Positions 27,440-42,764 of a DNA stretch of 64,000 bases are shown one piece after another (position 1 is the stretch's first letter; each line of letters starts with the position of its first letter). The translations under genes were made by a program, and so were the position numbers. Where the stretch lies: the NCBI RefSeq assembly GCF_009914755.1, contig NC_060926.1; one strand, written 5' to 3'. The notes under the pieces were generated by a model. It ran no database searches, had not been told where the DNA came from, and saw nothing but the letters and a program-made list of their open reading frames with translations. The stretch is from the human T2T-CHM13v2.0 reference genome, Homo sapiens.

Positions 27440-30400
27440 TCTCTCTCTTTTAAGAAATAAAAATCAGAGATAGAATCAAGCCTCATTTTCATCCCTTTTC
27501 CTTCCTTACCCAGAATTAATCACTGTCTTGAATTGGTGTCAGTCATTTTCTGTTTAAAATACTGTAATAGATGTATATACATATTATACATATCCTATTG
27601 CAGTTTTCTTCACTTAACATCATGTTTGAAGGACTTTCCTTATTGATATATTTGCATCTCATTAACTTACTATGATTACTGCATAATATTGCATTGTATA
27701 TATAAGCCACACTGATTGTCAGGTAGGCTTTATCTTTGGCTTTGTAGTATGCTGGGTGCAATGATCTGTTTAGTAGGTATGTCGTTTTAGAGGCATATAA
27801 CAATTTATATAGGGTTCAGACAAAGAAATGGAATTGCTGAATTATATGGTATGTACATTTTCAACATTTCTAGGTCTGTTTAAGTTCCCCTCAAAAGCAG
27901 TTGTACAGTTTGCATTTTCATGGTTAATAGTGCAATATTTTTCATGTTTTTCCTCTTCTATTTTTCTTTTCTGGGAGTTTGTGGTTGTTGTTGTACTTAC
28001 TGTAGTAATACTTCAGGACCAGTTACTGTTCTAAGCACATTGAGTATATTATTTTATGCAATCCTCTGATAACCCTGTGAGGTATATCTGTTAGGCAGGT
28101 GCTGTCATTGTCCTCATTTCATAGAATGAAATTCAGGCAGACAGGTAGTGTAACTTGCCACGATGATGTGGGTAGTGAGAAATGGAGCCGGGATTAGAAC
28201 CCTGTCTGTTTGGCTCTTAAAATAGACTATACAGCCTCTCTGGGAAAAGGGCCCATCCTTACTCATGAAGTCAGAGCACATTTTTGAAAATAGCAGTGGT
28301 AACTGAAACAATTACTCTTCTTTTAAAAAATGTGAAGAAGAGAGCATGATTAAAAATAAATAAAATAAAAGTAAATATTTAAAACCTTAGTTTATGGGAA
28401 TCTCTGAGCCCAAAGAAATTGCATGAAGAATTTTTGTGTATTTATGAGTGCATGCTTTTCTTTGTTGGGGGCGCAGTTGAGATGGGAGTGAGGAGAGATC
28501 CATACATAAATAAGATTCTCAAAGGGATTAAAGAATTACTGTTCTGGTATTAAGAGGAGAGATCTTTTACATGGAGTTGCATCACTGAATCACCAAGATG
28601 GACTGACTTTAAAAGTTCATTTATGTTTCCTTCCAGGAGGACGGTAGATGAGTCTACTGTAATGGATGCTTCTGATCAGATGCCCCTCCCACTTCTCTGT
28701 CTCCTTCTCTCTTGTATTCCATGCTCTAGTCAGGCTTTCCTCTCTGCAGTTTCTGCCAGCTGCTACCTTAGGCCTCAGTATTTTTTCTCTCTCTGCCTGG
28801 AAGTCTCTTCTCTCTGGACAGCTTCTGCTTGCTAAGGTGAAGAGAGACTTTCTGGTGTCACCTTTCACTTCTATCAGGAATCTTTCTGGACTTTCCCAGT
28901 CTGGGCTTTGTGTCTTGCTGTGTGTTTCCAAAGCACATGACTTATTAATGCAAGCTTTCTTCATGCTCAGTTGTAATGACATACGGATTTGTCTGCAACC
29001 TCCTGCTAGACTTTCCAGTCCTATGGAGTATGGTCCATTGCTATTTTGCTGTTTGGCTGATGGTCAGTGCCTATCACCTTGATTGACAATTATTAGGTGC
29101 TCAATAAATGTTATTATAAATAAATGAATATTATTTATGTTTACCTGGTTATTGAAACTCAAAAATCTCAGTATCATTTAAAAATTTCCCCATCTCAATA
29201 TTGTGTCATTTGCCAGATCCGAAATGCTTTTGCTTCTGATCCTCCTTTGTCATTGCCTCTGCTCTAATTTTGGTTTTCTTTTCTTGCTCCTAAACTATTT
29301 CAATAGCTAATCCAGTTTCTGACTAAGGCCATTTTACAAATTGCTCCCAGAGAGGTCTTTCTGTACCAAAAAGGTCTTGTCACACACGGCTCAACCTTCC
29401 TTACATCAGCAGCGGAATGAAATCCAGTCATTTCCATTGTTCCCAGGCTTTTTTCTTGCTACAGCTGACTGTCATTCCCTTAACATGGCATTTATTTTTC
29501 TAAAACTTTTGTGCTTTTTCTCACGCTATTCCTTCTTTCTGATGTACCCTTGACTCAACTCTAGGTTTTCAAATCTACTCTTTCAAATTCAGTCTCAATT
29601 ATTTCCTACTTGAAAATATCCCATATTCCCTCATTTAGAATTCATATTTCCCTCTTCTCTATCCCTGTAATACTTTGTTTGTATAATTTTGTATGCCTTT
29701 CCCATTAGCTTTTGAATTAATTCAGGTTGAAATTGGGGAATATTAAATATACTTACATACACATCTAACATAGCTAGCTACTAACTCAAAGAAGGTGTTG
29801 AATAAATAGAAGCTGTTATGCCGTATACTCCTACTGGACCTGGCATTTTACTTAATTCCTGGTCAGTATTCATGTTTACTGAGGCAAATTTAATTGATAT
29901 CTTAATTTTTAAAAAATATTGAGATGCTACCTACGGACTTTTCTTTTGTACGAAATGTGTATTGCACATGTGTTGTGTCATATCTGCTTTTTCCTTTAAG
30001 ATATTTCAATTTAATATTTTTCTTATTTTGCTTAAAACTTCCAGGCCTTCCTGGCAATATAGTTGCTGTCTGCTAATGCTGTAGACTGTGTCTCATTCAT
30101 GCTCTGCTATTCATGCTGTGCTATTCGTGCTGTGCTATTCTTTAAGGCACTCAATGTTCTCATAGCACCTGAATTTGTATTTACCGGTCAGTATTCCTTT
30201 CAGATGTTAAATTACAGGGAAAACCGTACAATTTACTAAGGTGTCAGAGAAACATTGGAGAAAATGCTCCATCTAATTCTGTTTAAATCTAACCACTTTC
30301 CCCACTCTCCCAGCATGGTGTGTCTCATCTACTTAAATGAAATGCTGACAGAAGGTTTCAAACCCTTTCTAAAAGACATGCCGAAGCTTGTATCTTGCAG

Positions 30401-31145
30401 TTTCTGAGTTCCATTTTTTTCTTCATTGATCTAAACATACTTTGCACATTGATAGAACAAGGAGAGAAAGGCTTCTGTAAAAGGGAAAAATGGATATTTC
30501 ATTAAGTTTTCCCCACTTTATTTCACTGTAAATAAATTATGTGAGTTTACCAATGGAATCCCAAAACAACAAAATAGTATATGGACTGTTGTTGCTCTCT
30601 ATCAGGCTATTGTTTGTGTGTTTAGTTTTCTTTATAAGAAGCTCTCTTAATCTATCAAGAGACTGTTGTGAGAAAAAAACAAATAAAACAACAATCTTGG
30701 GAATGAAAGCTAAGTTAACGGAAAATATAATTATTTCAAAGCATACTGAGCATTAATTTCCCTGTTAACTCCCTGCGGAGACAGGAGCAGTCACATTGAT
30801 ATATTGACTACAGTAAAATAACATAGGAATACTCTCCTGTTTACATTATAAATTGGCATCACATTCTGGAAAGCATTTTAGCAATGCACATCAAGAAGCT
30901 ATGAACAGTTCACAGCTTTGACCTATTATATCTCCTCCCCAGGAAACAATTGTAAATTTAGACAAAGGTATATGAAAATATATTTTGATTAAAGCATTGT
31001 TTCCAAATGTGAAAAATTAGGTCTAAACATACAGTAATAAGAAAATAGTTAATAATAACCCATAGAATTTTCTTAAATAAGAAACAAGATAATTTTAGAA
31101 ATATTTAGTACCATGGTTGTGTGTTTGCAGTATAATCTTAACTGA

Positions 31146-31460
<315 letters not shown>

Positions 31461-32261
31461 TAATATTATTTATTGGCTAATTTTCTTTTTCCCCTCCTAC
31501 TTAATACATGCTCACTGTAGTTGTCATGTCATACATTTTGGTGAGTCACATAGTATCCCCTCTCCAGAATGGCTCCTACTGATACAGTCAATATTAACAA
31601 TTTGGTGAGTTTCTTGAATACATTACCGTGCTTATACAAATGTAGACACAAGTAATCACAGGGACACAATATGATCTGAATTTTGTAGGTCTGCTTTTTT
31701 CAGTGTGCTTTTAAAAGTGCTGGATGGAAATCAAGTTAACTCTGAAAAATGGGATTAGGAAATATTTTTATTTTTCTCTATAGTTTTTTGTATTTTCCAA
31801 ATTTTCTGTGTAGATCATGTACAAAAAAAAAAAAAAAAAAGAAAACAAAACAAAACAAAACAAAAACTCTCTAATTAAACGTATTAAATGTACCCAAACC
31901 CTGAGTTAACCAGACATTTCTAATACGGGAAGGACACAGAAATAAATGAGCAGAAAATTGAAGATAACAGTAATTTGTTTAAAATAATAATAGTAACTAT
32001 CAGCAGATCTGGTAGCCATCAAAGGTCAGCTTTCATTTTTGTCAGTATCTTACCTCTCTGATTCTCTGGGGTGCTTGTGCCTCTAGGGGTATGCATCAGG
32101 ATTTGGGAGTAAGCCATAAAATATCAATGATATTGAAGATAAGCAATTTCAATTCTTACTGTTTTAGTAAGAGAAACAGAACAATTAAATATGAACCGAA
32201 GAAGATGGCTTTAGGTCATATCCCTATCCCTTCAGGATATTACCTATTTATCATTTTAGGT

Positions 32262-32445
32262 CAGTGGTTCTCAATCTTGGCTGTGCACTAGAATCATCTG
32301 GAACCTTTCAAAAATATGCTTCTCTGGACTCCATCCATCTGCAGTGATTTTGACTTAATTGGGGCTGGGGTGGGGCCTGGGAATGTGGCAAAAGGTTAGT
32401 CTCCTAGGTAAGTCTAATGTGTAGCCAGGGTTGAGAATTGCTGTT
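32262..32445. mobile_element. MER5A-type hAT-Charlie MITE
   Basis: TIRs cagtggttctcaa ... ttgagaattgctg. Confidence 0.85.
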
Positions 32446-35239
32446 CTGAGCCAAGAGAGTTAAGCATTCTAGAGAAGGTTAACAATAGTAACACATTATG
32501 AAAATTGATAATCTTGAGGTTATATAAGATTCTCATTCAACATTTCATTTATTCAAGCAATCAGTCATGCATTCAGAAAATAAACGTGTATTTAGAATAC
32601 TAAATGTTTTTTCAAAGAAAACACGTTTTCTAGAATGTTCTTACTAAGACAATAAAGTGAACAAGCACCTTTTAGATATACACTAAGAGTTCATAAATGA
32701 CTGATTTCTTGCTTAACATTGTTAGCCAGAATAATTTAATTATACAATTCTCTAAACTCTCACTTTACCTGTAATTTTCTTGGTACTATCACTCTCTCCT
32801 TCTGACTTGTAAACATATTAAAGGCTACTAATTTATTTGTGTCTCTCTCAGTGCCTAGTACAGATCTTGCATATAGTAGGTGCTTAATAAAGTATGTAGC
32901 ATTAAGACTGCACAAAACAAAGGCTCTAAAACTTTCTTGGTTCACAGTCCCCTCAGTGTCTCAGTAGTATTTTGGTAACAAGACAACTTGATGTCTAACT
33001 TAGTAGTCATTTGAAAAAAAAAAAAAACATATTTGCTAATTGCTTAATGGGGTATGTGTGCACAACTTTGCCAACGTTGGAATAAGATTGAACATTTCCA
33101 CCTTCATTTTCTGCTCAAATTTATTTTCATGAAGTATTTACTTTCTATCAGAGCAGTTACTGAAAACACAGCTTTACAAAGAACAATGTCATTTAATTGA
33201 ACATAGTATGATCTAATGCTGAAATTGTAAACTCCCTGGAGTTTATGATGTCTAACAGATGTTAGTATTATTGTGCTTGCATGGAAAATTTAAAATGTCT
33301 TCTGGCACCCCTGTGAGTTTGTTATATCACCTTTGGTAGCTTTGAGCATAGTTTGGGACCTGCCCCAAATCTCAGGCTTTTGATGATTTTCTGTTCTAGG
33401 TATGACACAGAGTTTATTTACTAAGTTTTTGTCCATTATGTTGTTCATTTTAGATGTTCAACTGACAAGCCTGTATACATTCTAAGAAAAGATTGATCAC
33501 ACTGTTTCTTTTCGGCATTAAAGATATGGAACCACTAAAAATAGGTACTTAAAAAAAAGGGACTTAACTAGATTCAAGGCACTGTGCTCATATGTGCTTT
33601 ACAGTACCATTTTTTTATTCTGTGATCAACTGTTTCACATTTTAATGTTTTTGAAACTTGAATGCATGATACAGTGATCAAGTTTTGAATGCATGAAACA
33701 CCATGCATTCATGTAGTAAATGAATGTTTATCATGCAGTAAAGAAAACTTCTCTGCTGCAGGATAGAGAGGACTGGGTTGTCCGGTGGCATAGGGCATAG
33801 ATAGAGATGATGGCCTTTGGGCTGTACTAAACAGTTCTCTTGGCAGGAGGTGGAGGTCACTGGCCATCCCAGTTGGTACAGACAGTTAACCCTATCTTAA
33901 AGCTCATTCTATTGAAAAGTGTTAACATGGACTCCAATCATGAGTTCAGTCTTACCCCATTTCCCCTGGCTTAGAGTTGTGCAGCTCAAAATAGTAATCA
34001 CACTTTACAATTATTTGGTGTTGAGGATATTGCATCCTTTTTAGGAACTTTGGGGGAATATTTTTTTGTGGGCATTTTCAGTTTTGGACGATAAATCCTT
34101 TTCAGGGTATTAATTATATAAATAGTAATAGCTTGATTCTCCTTTTGGCCTGGAGATGATATAGTCGTCTCCAGACTTCATTCATCAATTATACTAAATT
34201 GGGAATACTTAGGGGCATTGAGTCATTAAGTTGCAAAGGAGGCTAGGGTACTCTGTATCCAATTCAAGTAATTCACACTTAATTCATCCCCAAGGGGGTA
34301 TTGTACCCTAGCAAATGGATCTAACCAGATTTCCACTGTTACATTCATGAGAGGGAACATTCAGTAATTGTTGATTCCCCAAAGGTCCTTTTGTCTCTCT
34401 CATATAGTTTTATCAATAATTTGAAACACCTGGAGGATGAACAATACTGTTAAAAGATTCCCAACAAATGACTCTTTTAAATAGTAATTTATTAGAAATA
34501 GTCTGTGTGAAATAGATTTGGTAATTCTATATTCAAAAATTTGTTTTCTCAAATGAGACTTTCCCCCTTATGTCTTTTTTTTATTATTATTTTCAACTGT
34601 ATTATTTATTCTCATTTTTATTGCCAACTTCAAATTTGGTTCTAGTATTTTTCCAATTAATTACTTAAAATTGGGTAACAGATAAATGATGAATTTAATC
34701 TTCATATGTTTGTTTTTCTAAGGCAAAGCAACAATGTTGGTCCTAATCTTGCATTTTAAATCCTTTTTTAACCTCAAAAGAATTAGTATATTTACTGAAG
34801 AAGTTGCTGAAGGAAGAAATGTTAAAGAATTAAAGAATTTGTACTTTGCTTAAAGTATAAAACTTACAAATGTTCTGTGCCAGAAATGATTGCTTACCCA
34901 TCTTCTTGTCCCACCCTCTACTTCAAGGCCGTCTACCTCATTTCACACATTTGCATCTCTCCTTGCAATTATTAAGTGGTTTTGAGCCAGTAGTCCCATC
35001 TATTGGTATAAAAGTAAGGATTAATTCTTTCATTAATTCAAATATTCGTTCATTCAGAAATAAGTATTGGTATTTGAGGATACAGTAAATAAAATGAGAA
35101 TGTCCATGACCTTATAGAGTTAACATTCTAGTTGGGGAAACAGAAAATGAACCTAATGAGTAAGTTATATATGTGTTAAGAAGGTAGTATGGAAAAATAT
35201 TATGGAAAAAATAGATCAAAGTTGAGAAGTGGGTTAGCA

Positions 35240-35740
35240 CAGCAAGTTTGGTTGCTCTATCCTTGCTTGTCATGAAGCCTGGAGCTATGATTGTCCTTGG
35301 CCGGCTTCTGGGAATGTGGCCCTCAGAGTGTTCTTTATTTTACTGATTGATGATGATATTTTATATATCTGGAGCAACGGGGTATGCTGTTCCAGCTTGT
35401 CAAGACTTCTTAGGATCATTTAGCAGGATCATGATATACACACGATTTATGCTGGGGGTCCTGTGTTTTTGCTGCCCTGGCTAGTTATGTTACAGGAATG
35501 TGTCCACATGACCAATGCCTTGACAGCTTTGGACCCTAAGACTCAATTGGCCTTCCCTATGTAGAGACACTTTGCCTGTGTCCCTGCAGCTCACAGCTAG
35601 AAGAAATATGTTTTTCGTGTTGTTTTACTCTTCATCCTTTACTATAATAAAGCATAATTGTGAGTATAACCTATCAAAGGACATTTGATTCCTTTTGGTG
35701 AATCACCAGGCTTAAGGTGGTCTTGGGACCCCTGAAACAC
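35240..35740 (+). mobile_element. ERVL-class LTR (MER21/MER68/MER77-like) interrupting an L2 (~35040-36060)
   Basis: ctataataaa...gtgagtataac...gtggtcttgggacccctgaaaca 3' end; L2 motifs on both sides. Confidence 0.6.
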
Positions 35741-36185
35741 GGGAAAGTCAGATTGGGAGGACAGGAGTCATGAGAAGTGTCATTTTGACAAAGACTTTTA
35801 GAAAGTGAGGGAGTATGCCATTTGGATTTCAGAGAGAAGACAATTCTAGGAAGAAGGAATTACCTATGCAAAGACCTGGAGGTGAGAGCGTGCCTGGAGT
35901 GTTCAAGGAAGTGTAAGAAGGCCATTGTGGATCAGAATGGATGAAGATGAAGGAGGGGAAATGAGCTCAGAGATGCAGTGGGCTCAGAAAAGGACATTGA
36001 GTGCAGAGGATGATGTCAGTTAGCACATGCTTGCTGAATGAATTGCTAAATTCTCGTCTTTCCTCTAAGGAGGAATATCTTCTTATGTTTCATCAGCTTA
36101 TGTATTTCTATTTTTGGCAGAGCCTTTACATATTCTTCTTAACCTCTTTGTTCTTTCCTCAGTTTTTAAGAATTTTTGCTGAGTA

Positions 36186-36481
36186 GGCCAGGCGTGATGG
36201 CTCACGCCTGTAATCCCATCACTTTGGGAGGCCGAGGCAGGCAGATCACGAGGTCAGGAGATTGAGACCATCTTGGCTAACACGGTGAAACCCTGTCTCT
36301 ACTAAAAATACAAAAATTAGCCGGGCGTGGTGGCAGGCACCTGTAGTCCCAGCTACTTGGGAGGCTGAAGCAGGAGAATGGTGTTAACCCGGGAGGCGGA
36401 GCTTGCAGTGAGCCGAGACCACGCCACTGCACTCCAACCTGGGCGACAGAGCGAGACTCTGTCTCAAAAAAAAAAAAAAAG
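36186..36481 (+). mobile_element. AluY-like
   Basis: gatcacgaggtcaggagattgagaccatcttggctaacacggtg and gcggagcttgcagtg diagnostics; A-tail. Confidence 0.93.
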
Positions 36482-38586
36482 AATTTTACTTTCTCTGTCT
36501 TCTTTTCATCTGTTACGCCAAACATGACCCTGATCTTAGGTGATAACTCAGTTTGTGCTGTTTCGATTCAAAGGACGGGGAAATCAGTCATACCATGCCT
36601 CAGCGCAGAGGGGATATCTGAGCTGAGTCTCAAGGATAAGTATCTGTGATTGAATTCCCAGGTTCAGGGAGCTGTGCTATTCACTCCTTCCCCTCACACC
36701 CCATTTTCAAAACTCAATTCTGATTTTGTCTTCACAGAGGAGCGCTCTCACATTAGTCTGAGTTAGGTGCTCAGTACTTACATGGCAGTGGTGACCAGTG
36801 TTTTTTCAAACACTTAAAATTATCTTGAGCTTTCCTCACTGGGCTGAAGGCTCTTCTGTCTCTCTCTACCTAGTGCCATCACATGAAGTATCCTTAATAA
36901 ATGTTGAATAAGTGTCTGAGTGAGTGAATAAATGCTTGTGATTCTAAGGAAGGATGAAAAATTGGGAAGAAAAAACAAGTCAGGATGACAAATGCCTGTG
37001 GAGTGAGCTTGGACAATCTGTTTTAGGAGCTTGGGACAGTTGATTGATTTCCATTGAGGAAAATGGTCCTTTAGGTAGGCAAGAAGGACCGGAGTCCAAA
37101 TAGTAATGGCTCAGCTCTCTCATTTGTTCTCTGTTGAGTTGTCTATTGTGTGCTAGTTCTTAAGTTGTAAAGGCTCTTTTTATGTTATCCATTTCATTAG
37201 CTTTGGTGAATCACACTTATTTAAGCCTTCAGTCCTAATGGATAAAAAGTATATTTTATTTGCTCCATAACATTTTATACCTTTGGAGATCATGTCTTTA
37301 TTCTCTCTCATTAATTTCTTCTTAGAATTGACATTTTCTCTGTAATAAATATTAGTTTACTGCAAGTAAATTTGTTTTTTATTCAAACACGCACATATTT
37401 TTTTCTTTTTCTTTTAAACCTCAAAGCCAATAAGAGTTTGGATCCAATCTGGGGCTTAAGCAATGAAAAGGAGGCTTTTCTATTTTACTGATTTTTTTTA
37501 ATTCAGCACCCTTTTGTTTCTTTAAAAGAAGGAGGCTTGTGTGTCCATATTTGAAATGCTGCAGAAAGTAAACTGATTAAACCCTTTCCACCCCACTTTT
37601 CAGAATGCATAATAATATGGTCCTTTTTCTTTATAACCTCCTTCGTTGTCCTCTACTCTTTTCTGAACTTTCAGCCCTCATTCCAATTAAATAGGGAAAT
37701 CGTGCTAGTACCCTGGGAGAAAGACTCGTAAAACTACTTTGATGATTTTTTTATAGTAGTAAAAATAAAATTTTTAATTTACTCTTTGCCAGGATACATT
37801 TGCCTTATATTTATTTAGGAAGTTTTTCTACTCCCTAGTATCATTCTTTAGTCAAAACTGTTTTTTCTAGTCAAAATTTCCAGGTTAAATATTCTTATGA
37901 AAAAAATTAGTATTAATTTGTGAAAGGAAGAGGAATCTTATTATTTACTTCTTGCTGTAATTATTATAGTAATGTAAAATATTTTTCAATGTCAACTGTG
38001 GGATTAAGCTTAAAATTTTTTACCCAATACTGGGGCTGGAGAGCTGGCTGTAATTTCTGGTGGCCCCTGCCGAAATCCTGCAATTATCATTCCTTTTATC
38101 AGGTGCTTGGCCACTTCTGATCTCTTTCTCCTTTTTCTACCTCTCTCCCTTTATTCCTTCTCTCTCTGCAACGCCTCCTCTTCCCTCTCTCCCCCCACCC
38201 CCTTCATTTAGTAAGTATCCACATGCTAACTCTTATTTAGCTCAAGCTTTAGTATGACTCATGGCTGAGTTGGAAATAATAGGGGCTGTCAAGAACCTGA
38301 CTTTTGCAGAGAGAAGATGCACAGAAAAGGAAAACATACCGGAATATATCATGTATCATTAATCTGGTCAGTACAGAAGAGGAGATCCCATTTGGTTGGG
38401 CTAAGGGGACATTTATTTGAAAAGGGGGCATTTGACCATACTTTGAAGGATAGGTTAGGATTTTGACAGGTAGAGATTTTTAAAAGGGCATTTCAGATGG
38501 AAGAAAGAGATGAATAATTATGTTGTAGCAGGCAAATGGGTTGTCTTGGTTAGTGACCAATGACCCATTTATGAGACAGTGTAGAA

Positions 38587-38765
38587 CAGGGTTCTGCAAA
38601 CTTTTTCTGTAGAGTGCCAGATAGCATTGTAGCAAACTTTGCCATTGTAGCAAGTGTAGCCATAGGTAATGTATAAATGAATTAGCATGACTGCGTTCCA
38701 GTAAAAGTTTATTTACAAAATCAGAGTGGGTCAGAGTTGGCAGGCAGACTATAATTTGCCCATAT
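38587..38765. mobile_element. MER58A-like hAT-Charlie
   Basis: gcaaactttttctgtagagtgccagatag...gttccagtaaaagtttatttacaaaa. Confidence 0.75.
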
Positions 38766-41060
38766 CTGATATGAGTATGATGAGTGGGGAAAAACGACTG
38801 GAAAGGGAGGTGACGGTCAGATCTCAGAGGATTTTGAATGCTAGCCTAAAACGTTAGAAAACAATTGATATTATGTTTAGTGAAACCATGATGGTTATGT
38901 TTCTACTAATGGTTTAAATACATGGACATTTAAATTTGGAATTAAATTTGGAACCAGATTTCTTCAGATATTTATATATGTAGTTATATGTATCTATATT
39001 ATATTTATATAGATATAGTTTACAGGTATACCTACCTCTAAACTAAGATTTCTTGGTAGCTGAATATTTTGTGTGAAAATGGTGGGTAGAGAGCAAACTA
39101 GGCCTCTGAATAGACCCCAAAGAAGCCTGATTTGGGAGATAAGCAGAAGCCTGGTATCTTTTGGGTTCCTACCACAACATCTCCACAGAAAAGTCAGATC
39201 ATGAAAAATAGGTGAGAATTCATGGGCAGGCCCTCAGATGATCTGGACTCAAAATGTTGACATTCTTTCTGTTAAAAAAATGATAGTGTAAACTGATAGC
39301 AAAGTAGATATTAGTGTCATTTTTTGATACTTAGAGGAATTTTTATACATATTCTAAATTAATTTCTACATAATTTCTAGAAAATTGTGTTAGATACTAT
39401 AGGAAGTTCTCTTGTCTGTTTCAATATTGCTTTTCTACCTCCTTTATTGTAATATCAGAAATTCTGTATTTTTCTTCACGTGTTGTTTCCTCTCAGAATT
39501 ATACATCAAGGAAAGTCTGTTTTCTATTGCTGTCTGTATCCCCAATCCCCATCTCGTGCAGATCTGAGGAAAAGTAGGTAATCAGTAAACATTTGTTGAA
39601 TGGATTCATGTAAATGAACATTTCTATTGTTTCCAACCAACTATTTTATTCCACTATATTTTTGTGTTCTTCATTTTTCCTAGTTCTCAGGATACATAAA
39701 ACTCAATAAAAATTTTGAATTTATCCCATTAAAATATTGTTTTAAAAATTTGACCTATAGTCTGTTTATAAAATCTTTTTATTTTAGCAATGTATTCCTA
39801 TAGGAGATTAAGTTGTAGCATATGAAATGAAATTATTATAGATACTTGCTTTTGAAACATAATGGAAACGAAGTAGGTGAGTTTTTGTACTGGATAAATC
39901 TGAAAATGAGGTGGCTTCTCCATGTGTATAGTTGTAACCTACATAATGGTGACAACATAATAGGATGATGTCAGAGTCTCTTGAAAAGAAGTGGGATTGT
40001 GATATTTTCAGCCCACCTACATAAAGACGTAAATGTCACCCAAATATATATAGTTAGCAGTATTTTTAAAGCCCTTTTGGACTTTTAGTTACCTATTTGT
40101 ATTCCATAGGAAAACCATAATATAGTATTGGTTTTAATATTTTTTTCTAGAATATTCCTTTATACCTATTTATTATTATTTGAATTTTAGTGATTCTCAC
40201 TACTTAACGATGCTTGTAACCATCTGCTAGATAGTTAAATCTTCTCCAGCAACCTCAGGACCTAGCTCACTGATACGTATTTTACTTTTACTTGGTTTTT
40301 CTCAACATTTAGATTATATGTTTTCTAAGGGTGCAGTTGAATCATTTAATACTGAACCATTTTAAAACGAATAGTGATATGTTGAAAAGATGATTATGTG
40401 GGCAAGACATAATGATTATAATTAAGTGACAGAGAAAATAAATATGCTCATTGAAAGCTAAAAAAATACACTGGAGAAGGGTAGGTAGACAAAAGCACCT
40501 CCGGCTGAAAATCAGATATTTAATCATGGAATCTGCCCTGTCTAAATGCCAAAGTATTTTTTTTTTTCTGGAGGAGAGAACTGGTAGAGGATTATTAGGG
40601 ATATATATTGCTTCTGGCTGACTGTGCTGCTTGCTTGATCAAGCTGTTGACACCATGGAAATCAGAAGCATCCCGTTTAAGTCATAAGCAGCTAATTCTT
40701 TATAACTTTTCCTTTTACTTGAAATAGAAAAGAGTTGTTCATACCTCATTAATTACTTTGACCAGGCTTTCAGCTGAGGTTTTTTTTGTTTTGTTTTGTT
40801 TTGTTTTTTAAATGCTGCTTTTGCTGTGGCTTGTGCTAGGGTGAGAGACAAACCAAGTTTGAGGATGGGGAGAAGAGGCTCAGAGAGTCAGTGAATGAGA
40901 ATTTCCTTCTGAGCATTGGTTGTGAGAAAATAAGTTAGTAAATATGATGAAAACCAAATCCCTAATGCTTTTCAATAAGAGTTAATGTGGTACATGGGAC
41001 TTGGTGTCAGAGGGACTTGCCTGTGAATCCTGGCTATAACCTTATTAGCTGTGCAGTTTT

Positions 41061-41380
41061 TCGTTTTTTGTTTTTTGTTTTGTCTTGTTTGTTTTTGAGA
41101 CAGAGTCTCTCTCTCTCACTCTAGCCAGGCTGGAGTACAGTGGCACGATCTCACCTCACTGCAACCTCCGCCTCTGGGTTCAAGCAATTCCCCCGCCTCA
41201 GCCTCCTGAGTAGCTGGGACTACAGGCACGTGCCACCACACCTAGCTAATTTTTGTATTTTTAATAGAGACAGGGTTTTACCATGTTGGCCAGGATGGTC
41301 TCAATCTCTTGACCTCGTGATCCACCTGCCTTGGCCTCCCAGAGTGCTGGGATTACAGGCGTGAGCCACCACACCTGGCC
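41061..41380 (-). mobile_element. AluS inserted in a MIR (~40985-41490)
   Basis: Perfect 14-bp TSD agctgtgcagtttt at 41047-41060 and 41381-41394. Confidence 0.95.
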
Positions 41381-42764
41381 AGCTGTGCAGTTTTAATCTC
41401 AATTTCCTTGCCTTAAAATTGGGAAATGTCTTACAGGTGTGTATTAGGATGAAATTGGACAATATGTGTAAAGTTTCCAGCACTGGGCTGTATATGTGTG
41501 TGTGTCACACAAGTAAACATGTATGTATGTATGTATAAAACCTGTAATTTATTATGTCAGCTCTAACTGAGTGGCATTAAGGAGGAAACAACTGCAAGTC
41601 AGTTGTTTCCATTTTGAGCTAGAGAGGACCCTGTTAGTCAGGCCTGTATTATGCACTAAGTCTACTAAGCACTTTAAGATATAGATATAGGTGATCTCAT
41701 CAGAGAGGGAGATTATGATTTGGATCATCAAGACTTGACCTTTGCAAATCTATTTTTTTCTAAATATGATATTTTCTTATCAGATTTATATTAACATTAT
41801 TGCATGTGAAAAAAATAAAATCATCCATTCTGGATTAGAAAACGTTTTAGAAAACATTTTATAAATCAAATCCAGCTTCAGAATGTCAGGAGGGTTTTTA
41901 GTGTGTCTTATTTTGGCAACTGTACTTTTACAAGGATGAAACAGATGGAATATGCAGTTTTTTTTTTCTTTTGCGAATTTAGCTTAAGATCTTACCACAC
42001 ATTGAGATTTATCTGTAAATCCAAAGGCTCTGAGAATCTCTGAAATTGAACTTTGAAACAAATGAATTAATAAAAATTCCCTATTGAATATGCTGTTGAA
42101 GGAGCCATTGTAGGTACATTTGGTTTGAATAAGATCTGTTATTGAATTGGAATAGAGATCCTAATTCCCTTATGAGTTAGTTATGTTCAGTTTGTCTCTC
42201 ATGCGGTTTATCATGTTTTTGGTACTCAACATTATCCTTAATTCCTTCACATTCTGTAACAGGTATCAATGTCTATAAAATAGTGGCCTAGTAAATAGTA
42301 TCCTTTATTTACAGTTGTACATATTTAATGTGCTTACTTAAGGAGCAAGCAACAGAAACAAACTCTGGCTACAAGAAATGAAAGGGCTTTCTAGGAAAGA
42401 TTATTATGTAGTTCACAGATCAGCTGGAAGGGCTGCACAACCCAGCTTCTGGAAGGAGAGGGACTAGGGAAGCACTAGAAAGCACAATGGTAAGGCCTCA
42501 TAGACTTTCCAAGGTAATTCAGTTCCAGCAACCATTAGCATCTCTGTAACTGTATTCACATTTTGAGGTCCTGATAGAATCTATCTGGCTTATATTAGTT
42601 GGGTGCTTTATGCTAGTGGCTCGGTAAATTTTGACTGAAGGATTAGGGGCTGGGTGGCTGAGAGAATTATTTCAAATTGAGCAGCAGCTACTTTTTCTCT
42701 ACACTTATAGTTTTTTATACTATCCAACTACTTATCCAAGAAAGCCCATCATGTCATATATATC

